Shown here: positions 9,206-17,300 of the stretch, piece after piece
Layout of the letters: the number at the start of each line of letters is the position of its first letter
Numbering within the stretch: position 1 is the stretch's first letter
IMG/VR virus record: IMGVR_UViG_3300009419_000963
Coordinates: 1 to 28,422 of that record
Source of the DNA: a virus
Lineage: Duplodnaviria > Caudoviricetes
Strand: one strand, 5' to 3'
Length of the DNA: 28,422 nucleotides
Made by a program: the position numbers and the translations under genes
Notes under the pieces: generated by a model
Seen by the model: the letters and a program-made list of their open reading frames with translations, nothing else
The model's database searches: none
Told to the model about the DNA's origin: nothing

Positions 9206-12200
9206 ATGGCTTGTATATATATAATAAACGGAAAAAAATTTAAGTCTTTAGATAACAAGGCAATAGGCGAGTTACTAAAAGCTAAATTAATGACGGAGAA
9301 TACTCCTAAGACTCTTGCTATGGCTTATGCTGCTGCAAAAGAGGATAATACAAATATAGATTTTGTAAATGCAATAGAAAACCAATTAAATAATAAACAA
9401 AATGATAAAGAAAACATCACAGGGTTACAAAGTAACCAGCGAGAAGGGCAAGAACCTGTCAAAACCCAACCTGTCGAAACCACAGGCGGAGAAAAGATTA
9501 AAACAGGTAGAAATGTTCAAACATATGAAGAAGAAGTAGTTAAACCAATAGAAGCAAAAGAAGAAGGAGCTAAAAAGACAACAAAAGTTACCCCTAAAGA
9601 AGGCGATACCTCAATTACTAAGTCTGCAAGAGGCATGATTCAGAACATGGTCTTTAAAGATGGTGAGTGGCAAATTAAATTTGGTAAGGACTTTACTAAA
9701 GTTGCTAGTTCTGTTCAGAAAGAAGCTCAAGATTCGTTTAACGAAAAGAATGCACCTATTGCTGAGGTTAAGGAACAAGCACCTGTAGTTAAGGAACAAG
9801 CCGCACCTCCAGTAAAAGCTGAAGAAAAACCTGTTAAGGAACAAAAAGAGCCTGTTAAGGAACAAGCCCCTGTAATAGAAGCTCCTAAATTAGAGATGCC
9901 TGTAATAGAGGAAACTGTAACTGAAACACCTGCGGTTGAAGAGGAAGAAGAGCAATACGAACCTATAACAGTATCAGACACTAGTCACGAAAAATTCACC
10001 AAGGACAACGCTGTAGACTACGAAGAAGGTGAAAAGGAAGGCGATAACGGACGTTCTTACACTTACTTAGCATCGGTAACTGTAGAGTTAATAGACGATG
10101 TTAGCGGTGAGGTAATAGGGACAATATCTAAAATAAAAGATGATTACGGAGACGTTAATTGGAGTGCTGAGACTAATGATGGAGACCAAGTAGCTGACGA
10201 GGTTGGCAGTAAAAGCGAGGCTCAACAGGCTCTTGTAGATAAATGGAATAAAGATAAACTAAAAGAGTTTAATAAGGAGAAGGCTAAGGCTGCCAAGGAG
10301 AAGATTAAGGAGGCAGAGAAGGCTAAGAATAAGGCTCAAAAGATTGCTGACAAAGAACAAAAGGCACTTGAAAAGATTAAGGAAAAAGAAGCTAGAAAAA
10401 AGAAGCTAGAAGATTTAGCAAGAGAATCTGGTTTGGATATTTCTGAAGATGATGAATCTCCAGTATTTAGCGTAGAATTAAATGAGAACCTAGCTGAAGA
10501 CCAACAAGATGAGGTTAAGAAAATTGTAGAAGAAGCTATATCAAACCCAGAATTTGCTACATCAGAAACAGTTAATGTTGAAAGCGAGTTGCCAGAAGGA
10601 ATTCCTATGCAACAAATTGTTGTAGATGAGAACGATACAAGACCAGAAGCTCAAATGATGGCACAGTTATCTATACCTCTTGAGTTTATATTTGGTAAGA
10701 GCGTAGGTGTTGGTATGTCTGATACACTAACAACAGGAGAAAGAACAGTTCCTGTAATGGATACTAAAACTGGTGAAATAGCTGATAAAAAAGTTAGAGA
10801 AGAAGGTGGTATTGGATATCCATTCAAGTCTTTAATGGATTTAATAAACGGAACGCTAGAGGCAGGAAAGAAGGCTATGGGATGGGCTGGAGTAGCATTA
10901 GGAGCTTCGTCAGCAATGGTTAACGCAGCAGGCAAAGCAAGTAAGATTACAGGTAAAGAGCTTAAGGCTCATTACTTTAAAAGTCTTAAACTTACAGCTG
11001 AACAAAAGAAAAGAATAGAAGATGCTATCCCAGATAAAAAAGAATATGGAATAGTTATTATATATAAAATGGGTGCTGACGGAATAAAAAGCAACGAAGC
11101 ATATGCTCGTGAAGCTTTTAGACTAATAGACGTGACATTATCGGCAGCAGAAAAAGAAGATTTCTTTAAAAAAGTAAAAGAAAGATTAGCTAAAATTGCA
11201 TGGGAAGATAAAGATATTTATCTTGACTCAATAAAAGGAGCTAAATCATTTTTAGAACTAGAAAATATTTTACATGGCGAAAATTCTAAAATGCCATTAT
11301 TAGTTAAAACCGATATAATAAATAAAGGAATTTTATCTAGTGATAAAACAGAATCTAAGGAAGATAAAAACCCTGTTGGATTTCTTCTTAAAAGCAAAGG
11401 CATAACAGTAGAAAGCGTAGCAGCTAATATAGCAGAGCCTGTAATGGAAGGTATTACTACAGGTCAACCAATGTTAGCAATAGCTATAGACCCAGATTCT
11501 ACGCCATTTGAGGACATAACAAGAAAAAGGCACAAGAACTACCCATTTGGAGTAGAGGGGTTTCCTATTGGTTTATTTCAATCAACAGCTTCTTTTCATA
11601 ATTTAGCTCCAGACATGATGGATGTGTTTATAAAATCAGCAACAACACAAATACAAGAAGTAAAAAATAAAAAAGGAGATAAGGCAAGTTTAGAATTTGA
11701 AAAAACTGGTAAGAAAAAAAATAAGATAATTACTGTTTACGAGAAAGTAAAGACAAAAGAAGGTATTGTAAAAGTTGCTATTAAAGATAAAGATGGCAAT
11801 ATTATAAAAGCTAAAACAGAAGAAGAGATTTGGATTAAGCTAAAAGAATTAGGTTACACCCCTCGTATTAGTATATCTCAAAATCTAGAAGGTAATTTTA
11901 TTGCAGAAGAAGGAAGCGGAACAGAAAAAACACTTATTCTAGATGCTAAAGGGAAAGCAATTACTGCTAAAACAATAGAATTATTATACGCTAAATTAAA
12001 AAAAGCTGGCGTAAAATTAGATAAAGAATTTCAAGCAACTAGATACTCTCAGAAAATTAACGGAGGTACTTTTATTACATTGTTAAAAAAGGCTCAGCAA
12101 GCTTTGACTGAAATATATAAGAACCCTAAATTAACTGCACAGGAAAAACTTGTAAAGCATCTTAGCAAGGCGTTCCCTAGTATAGTTGTAGAAATGAATA

Positions 12201-13222
12201 TTTCTGAATACAATAAGTTACAAGAAGGATTTATTGAAAAGAAGTTATTTACAAAAAGTGGAAAATCTTATGGAGTTGTAAAGGACGGAAGAGTCTATTT
12301 AAATCCAACGTATCTTAACAATAATACTCCTATCCATGAATTTGGTCATATATGGAACGCTGTGGCTAAAAATGCTAGACCTGAGCTATATAAAAAAGGA
12401 GCAGATTTGGTTAAAGACACGAAGTATACTCAAAACATTATCAACAGTCCTTCTTATCAAAAGATTATAAAGCAATTATTTGGCGATAAGGCAATAATAA
12501 AAAACAAAGCTACTGGAAAATTTGAAATAAATACTAAAGCAGAAAACTTTAAAGATATTAATGATTACGTTATTGACGAAGCATTAGCTAGAGCAATTGG
12601 TGATAAAGGAGAATTATTTGTAAACGAGGTACAAAAAAGAAAGTCTTTTCAAGATTGGATGAATCTTCTTTTTGATGTAGTTAAACAAATAGCTGGATTT
12701 CCTACTATCGGTTCTCAAGAATTTCAAGATTTAACTATAGACCAATTTGTAAATGCAGCTGTAAAAGAATTATTAGGAGGCAAGCAGATTAGCGATATTA
12801 CAAGTGATAATCTAGCCAATCTTTCAAAAGAGTCGGCATATGCTAAGTTTAGTGTTACTGATAAAGAAAAAGAATTTAGAAAGAATGCTCTTGCTCAAGG
12901 ATATACCAACAAAGAAATAAATGCTATTCTTAAAAAAGCTAAGAAACCATCTGTAGCTCCTGAAGGTAAAGCAACTGAAAATGAGCCGCCTACGGCAACC
13001 ACAGAGCAAGCAGAATTTATTCCAAACGCTAAGGACATAGAATCATTTAAAAAGATACTAGAAGGAACAACTAGTGATGCTATTAGAATAAACAATGCAA
13101 TAAAAGAAGCTAAAAGCAATCCTAATTTAAATCCTAAGATAGTTGAAATCATGCAAAACTTTAAAGAGCTAAAGAAACAACTTATGGCTAACGTAGAGTT
13201 AACAGAAGACTGTTCTTGGTAG
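9206..13222 (+). CDS. Giant virion cargo protein 2 (1338 aa) with zincin-like metallopeptidase domain typical of phage polyvalent proteins
   Basis: GVVKDGRVYLNP...TPIHEFGHIW (HEFGH at 12335-12349) and DEALARAIG; low-complexity Glu/Lys/Pro linkers; begins MAC, ends EDCSW. Confidence 0.65.
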   Translation: MACIYIINGKKFKSLDNKAIGELLKAKLMTENTPKTLAMAYAAAKEDNTNIDFVNAIENQLNNKQNDKENITGLQSNQREGQEPVKTQPVETTGGEKIKTGRNVQTYEEEVVKPIEAKEEGAKKTTKVTPKEGDTSITKSARGMIQNMVFKDGEWQIKFGKDFTKVASSVQKEAQDSFNEKNAPIAEVKEQAPVVKEQAAPPVKAEEKPVKEQKEPVKEQAPVIEAPKLEMPVIEETVTETPAVEEEEEQYEPITVSDTSHEKFTKDNAVDYEEGEKEGDNGRSYTYLASVTVELIDDVSGEVIGTISKIKDDYGDVNWSAETNDGDQVADEVGSKSEAQQALVDKWNKDKLKEFNKEKAKAAKEKIKEAEKAKNKAQKIADKEQKALEKIKEKEARKKKLEDLARESGLDISEDDESPVFSVELNENLAEDQQDEVKKIVEEAISNPEFATSETVNVESELPEGIPMQQIVVDENDTRPEAQMMAQLSIPLEFIFGKSVGVGMSDTLTTGERTVPVMDTKTGEIADKKVREEGGIGYPFKSLMDLINGTLEAGKKAMGWAGVALGASSAMVNAAGKASKITGKELKAHYFKSLKLTAEQKKRIEDAIPDKKEYGIVIIYKMGADGIKSNEAYAREAFRLIDVTLSAAEKEDFFKKVKERLAKIAWEDKDIYLDSIKGAKSFLELENILHGENSKMPLLVKTDIINKGILSSDKTESKEDKNPVGFLLKSKGITVESVAANIAEPVMEGITTGQPMLAIAIDPDSTPFEDITRKRHKNYPFGVEGFPIGLFQSTASFHNLAPDMMDVFIKSATTQIQEVKNKKGDKASLEFEKTGKKKNKIITVYEKVKTKEGIVKVAIKDKDGNIIKAKTEEEIWIKLKELGYTPRISISQNLEGNFIAEEGSGTEKTLILDAKGKAITAKTIELLYAKLKKAGVKLDKEFQATRYSQKINGGTFITLLKKAQQALTEIYKNPKLTAQEKLVKHLSKAFPSIVVEMNISEYNKLQEGFIEKKLFTKSGKSYGVVKDGRVYLNPTYLNNNTPIHEFGHIWNAVAKNARPELYKKGADLVKDTKYTQNIINSPSYQKIIKQLFGDKAIIKNKATGKFEINTKAENFKDINDYVIDEALARAIGDKGELFVNEVQKRKSFQDWMNLLFDVVKQIAGFPTIGSQEFQDLTIDQFVNAAVKELLGGKQISDITSDNLANLSKESAYAKFSVTDKEKEFRKNALAQGYTNKEINAILKKAKKPSVAPEGKATENEPPTATTEQAEFIPNAKDIESFKKILEGTTSDAIRINNAIKEAKSNPNLNPKIVEIMQNFKELKKQLMANVELTEDCSW
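9402..9539 (+). CDS. Nested +1-frame small basic protein (45 aa) inside the 1338-aa gene
   Basis: Hand translation MIKKTSQGYKVTSEKGKNLSKPNLSKPQAEKRLKQVEMFKHMKKK*; preceded by A-rich leader TTAAATAATAAACAAA; resembles a small phage protein pattern recalled from memory. Confidence 0.55.
   Translation: MIKKTSQGYKVTSEKGKNLSKPNLSKPQAEKRLKQVEMFKHMKKK
9767..9911 (+). repeat. Imperfect coding tandem repeat (VKEQ(A/K) units)
   Basis: GTTAAGGAACAA at 9767, 9788, 9833, 9854; CCTGTAATAGA at 9869 and 9899. Confidence 0.8.
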
Positions 13223-13238
13223 AGTAAATATAAAAACT

Positions 13239-13246
13239 TAAATTTG
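13239..13246 (+). promoter_or_regulatory. Bacteroidota -7 element, near-leaderless for ferritin
   Basis: TAAATTTG 8 nt upstream of ATG 13255; no clear -33 element. Confidence 0.4.
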
Positions 13247-13254
13247 TACACAAT

Positions 13255-13749
13255 ATGAATAAATATTACGAATTATCAGACGAGGCTATGGAGATTATTG
13301 CTCCATTAGCTGAAATAGAATTAGAACAGTCAACTTTCTATAATCAATTGGCTATCACTGCTAACAGATTAGGATTCTTGATGGCGCAGAAATACTTTAA
13401 TCAAGAAGCTATAGAAGAGAAAGAACACTTCATGGGATGGGCTGACTATATCTCTGGAAGGGGTAATAACTACACAGTGCCTGCTATAGGAATAACTAAA
13501 TGTAAGAGTAAGAGCTTGTATGAGCTAATAGAAATGGCTTTGGCTAAAGAGGTTGAGGTTAGTAAGTTATATGCAGAGCAAGGTATGAAGTTGTTCAACG
13601 TAGACCAGTTAGCGTATCAGAAGTTAATTGGTTACTTACAGATTCAAAATGATGCGATAATATTCTACACTGACTTATGTGCAGTATTTGAAAACTTAGA
13701 CAAGGCAGGAGAGTTAACAGCAGAACACTCGTACTTTGAGAATAAATAA
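13255..13749 (+). CDS. Ferritin-like protein (non-heme Ftn family, 164 aa)
   Basis: IELEQSTFY, YFNQEAIEEKEHF, ALAKEVEVSKLY and YLQIQ match the spacing of the Ftn ferroxidase residues E, Y, ExxH, E, Q; length typical of ferritins. Confidence 0.8.
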   Translation: MNKYYELSDEAMEIIAPLAEIELEQSTFYNQLAITANRLGFLMAQKYFNQEAIEEKEHFMGWADYISGRGNNYTVPAIGITKCKSKSLYELIEMALAKEVEVSKLYAEQGMKLFNVDQLAYQKLIGYLQIQNDAIIFYTDLCAVFENLDKAGELTAEHSYFENK

Positions 13750-13760
13750 AGAAATTAAGT

Positions 13761-13829
13761 CAAGGTGTCGTATAAAGGCAATTACGCTAGTTTATAATTA
13801 GTATTGTGGTTCAATTCCATGCCCTATGA
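13761..13829 (+). tRNA. Degenerate tRNA-like element (possible anticodon TAT, or pseudo-tRNA)
   Basis: D arm GTA-TAAAGGCAAT-TAC; anticodon arm CTAG-TTTATAA-TTAG; T arm TGTGG-TTCAATT-CCATG; acceptor CAAGGTG/CCCTATG with two mismatches; no CCA. Confidence 0.5.
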
Positions 13830-13838
13830 CTTTTATCA

Positions 13839-13869
13839 TTTGCTATTTCAAAGATTAGTATTAAATTTG
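13839..13869 (+). promoter_or_regulatory. Consensus Bacteroidota promoter driving a non-coding region
   Basis: TTTG (13839-13842), 19 nt spacer, TAAATTTG (13862-13869). Confidence 0.7.
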
Positions 13870-13952
13870 TGATGTTGTAATGCGGATTCAACGATTTTCA
13901 TTTGTATATTCTTCTCGTTAAAAATATAATAGCCTTTAGATAGGCAATAAAG

Positions 13953-13986
13953 AAAACCTAGATATCCGCATTATCTGGGTTTTTTT
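13953..13986 (+). terminator. Intrinsic terminator or attenuator
   Basis: AAAACCTAGATA-TCCGCAT-TATCTGGGTTTT followed by more Ts. Confidence 0.8.
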
Positions 13987-14290
13987 ATGCCCATCAACTA
14001 AGGTATTGTATGATATTGTATATCTTATAGCTAGGCAACTTAAATGCTACAAACAAAAACAACTATGTAAAAATAATAGCCCCATAAAAATTCCAAGCAA
14101 TGTTTAGCTGACAACTTGGGCGTGAAGTGAAAGAGATATACTTGATGGGGCTGCGTTCCGCATACGCAAGGTACTTAGCAGTGTACCATTTGTTATTTTA
14201 CCGATATCGTTTAGGGCGTTTGCCACTTTTAAGTCCTAAACCAATGCCTGAAGAAACCCTCCCCTTCACGCATATAGCTACTGCTGTATT
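13987..14290 (+). ncRNA. Putative multi-helix structured RNA of unknown class
   Basis: No ORF of 60 aa or more on either strand; eight candidate helices of 5-9 bp found by eye, including long-range and pseudoknot-type pairings. Confidence 0.5.
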
Positions 14291-14318
14291 AAAACTTTAG
14301 ATTTCAATATAAATTCAT

Positions 14319-14326
14319 TAAATTTG
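14319..14326 (+). promoter_or_regulatory. Bacteroidota -7 element upstream of the 1233-aa gene
   Basis: TAAATTTG followed by an A-rich leader to ATG 14353. Confidence 0.5.
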
Positions 14327-14352
14327 CCTAATTATAAAAAATAAAAAAACAA

Positions 14353-17300
14353 ATGGCTTGCTTTGTCACCTACAAAAATAAACGTTATTCTGAACCCGAA
14401 TTCTTCGCATTGCTCGCAGCTGGTGAGTACGATAAGCTAGTAGCTGACGGAAGTTTTGTTCCTAAAAAAATAACTTTGTCTACAGATGCACCTGCTCCAA
14501 CAAAAGGCAAGATGAAAGAGCGCAGTTTAACGAAACAATTCTTAAAGGACAATCCTTCCCTACAACTTTCTGAAGGTGCTATAAATTACGAAGAGATATC
14601 TAATAAGAGTACCGTAGAAGAAGTAATGAATCTAATAGATGAACTTGGCTTAGACGCTTCTGTATACGCTGTTGATGACTGGAAGAATGGAATGAACCTA
14701 CGAGTTAGGTTTACCATGGCTCAAATTTTAATTAAGAAATTATCAAAAGAAGGTAGACTAGACGAAGCTAATGATTTAAGAGAGAGACTAGTAGTTGCTG
14801 CGACAGAGGCTGGACAAGGCATACAAGCATTTGCTATGTTCCCTGCACTTACAGCTGAAGGAGAGCTAAGAAAGATGTTGAAGATGATAAACAACATCAA
14901 CAAGAAAAGGGAGAAAGCAGATAAGAAGCTTACTAAAATAAAAGAAAAGTTTAAACAAGCCAACGAAGACGCTATAAACGAGGCAGTTGAAAACCTAGGA
15001 GGCAAGCCTTCTGAAAAAAGAAAAAAGGCAGCAAGAACCTATGCCGACTACGGTACTAAGAATAAGGTTATTACAAAAGCAAAGTACGAGGAGATGAAAA
15101 AAGCCCTTGCTAATAAAGCTTTTTCAGCAGCTATACCTGTTCAATTAATTCCTATTGGTGTATATCACTTAGAGGCTGGCTCAAGAAAGTTTAAAGAATT
15201 TAGCGAGGCACTTATAGAAGACTTTGGAGATAAGGTAAAACCATACTTAGCTGACCTTTATAAGAAAGCAGCAAAAGAATTAGGTATTCCTGCATCGGAA
15301 ATAGACAGTGAAGCAACTATCTTACAGGAGAACAAAGACAGAAGGGCTAGAGAAGCTAAGAAAAGTGTAAAAGGGGCTCTTAAAGATTTAGGCTTATCTA
15401 TTTCAAAAATAGCCATAGAACACTATACAGTAGTAGATTCTGCTAAAAGAACTCTAGTAGAAAAAATAATGGCAGAAACTGAACTGACTGAAAATGAGGC
15501 TAAAGAATATGCAAAAGCTATAGAAGAAGAGTTTGACAGACTAGCCACAGAAAAGAAAAAGAAAATATTAGACACAGTATTTAATCCTAAAGAAAGAAAG
15601 AAACCTGAGCTAAAGAACTTAGAATCAGAATTATTAAAGCTAACTAATTTAGGTGCATTCAAAGAACAAGACTTAGTAGAAGCATATGCTGATAAAATGG
15701 GTTGGGCTAAGTTATCTCAAGAAGAAATATCAGAAATAGAAAGGCTAGCTTCAATAGTAGAGGAATCTCCAGAAGGAATAAAAAGAGCACAGGCAGTTGA
15801 AGACTTATTAGGATACGAAGCTAAAATAAAAGGAATTCCATTAATGGATGTTGTAACGTCTATATGGTACGCAAATGTTTTATCTGGATTTACTACTCAG
15901 CTAGTTAACGTGATAGCTAACGCAACTCAATTATTGTTCTCTTACGGAGAATCTGCCATAAGAAACCCTAGAACAGGAGTATTTATGGCTAGAGGTATTA
16001 TAAATGGAATAAATAGAGGTATACTAGAAGCAGGGAGTTCATTAAAAACTGGTTATAATCCAATCAGAGGAAGAGTGGAAATTCCTTCTACATTAGAACT
16101 AAAAACATTTAAAGGAGGCAAATACAACCCAGCTAATTATTTAAAGTATGTAAGAAGACTAATGGTAGCATCCGATGTTATTATGTTTGAAACTCAGAAA
16201 GAAATGAGAGCTTATCAGTGGGCTAGAATGTTGGCTGCCAATGAAAATAAATTAGACCCTAGTGTTAAAATTAAACAAAGAGCACTTGACATACTACACG
16301 CAAATGACAGTACTATTCCTGATGCAAAATTAAAAGCATCTGAAGAGGCTCAGCTAGAGATAGATGCGGTAAATACTGAAAATATATCTAGTTCTGAAAA
16401 AGCAAAAAAAATAAAGAACATAAAAACAAACGAAAAAAGAAGAGTATTTGAATTAGTACAACAAAGCAGAGGCTCTGAAATAATGGACGAAAGTAATGCT
16501 TATGCATCTTGGAACACGTTTAATCATCCTGCTTCTGGTTTGCTAGGTGCTGTAGCTAAGAGAGTTAATCAGTTAATAGAAACTAATGGTGTTACTAAAA
16601 TATTTAGATTTGTTGTGCCTTTTACAAATGTAATTGCAAACGTAGCTAACATGGGAATAAACTACACTCCTTGGGGATACATAAGAGCTGCTAGGCAAGG
16701 CTCTGCATTTGGAATACCTAAAGCAGAGTGGGATTCTATGTCACAAATGCAGCAAGACCAATACAGAGTAGAAATAGTAACAAAAGCTACGGTAGGACTG
16801 GCTATGTCGGCTGCTGTTTTAATGTTGACTTTAAAAGGAGATGACGATGATGAGCCTTTACTAGAAATAACAGCAAATGCTACAGGTAAATACAAGAAAA
16901 ATGAGGGTCTTAAAAATGAGGGATGGCAACCATATTCATTTAGAGTTTACAACAAAAAAACCAAAAAATATGGCGATTGGATTTCATATCAGTACAGTCC
17001 TTTATTAGTAATGTTTAGTCTTATTGGAAACCTAAAAGATTATGAAAAGTATAGAAAAGAAAATACAGATGATAACCTTTTAGATAGAATATCTTTCGCT
17101 GCTGTTGGCGCATCAAGAACATTTTTAGACAGTACTTTTTTAGTATCTATAAATTCATTCCTTAAGGCTCTTACAGAAACAGAAGCAGGAGACGCTGTAG
17201 ATGACGCAATGAAATCTATATTTAAAACCGTTAAGGGATTTGTTCTGCCTGCGCTATACACTCAGTCAGCAAGGGAAGTTCAAAGAGCGTTTGACGTGCC

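Noticed and set aside
9767-9866. CRISPR-like array
   Set aside because: Repeats are 12 nt, in frame, irregularly spaced and encode a peptide repeat; no cas genes.
12981-13040. Second nested +1 ORF (MSRLRQPQSKQNLFQTLRT)
   Set aside because: Only 19 aa, weak leader, no recognisable pattern.
14077-14153. Permuted tmRNA (GGGGCTG start with upstream AGCCCCA)
   Set aside because: No T arm, no CCA end and no tag reading frame.
13880-14280. Group I intron or HDV-like (theta) ribozyme joining or processing this region
   Set aside because: P/Q/R/S-like words are weak and out of order; the GCG-TTCCGCATA-CGC hairpin resembles HDV P3/L3 but matching P1 and downstream P2 strands are missing.
16837-16854. 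GDDDDE as an RNA polymerase DxDxD motif
   Set aside because: Acidic run after a hydrophobic helix, without the expected flanking catalytic context.
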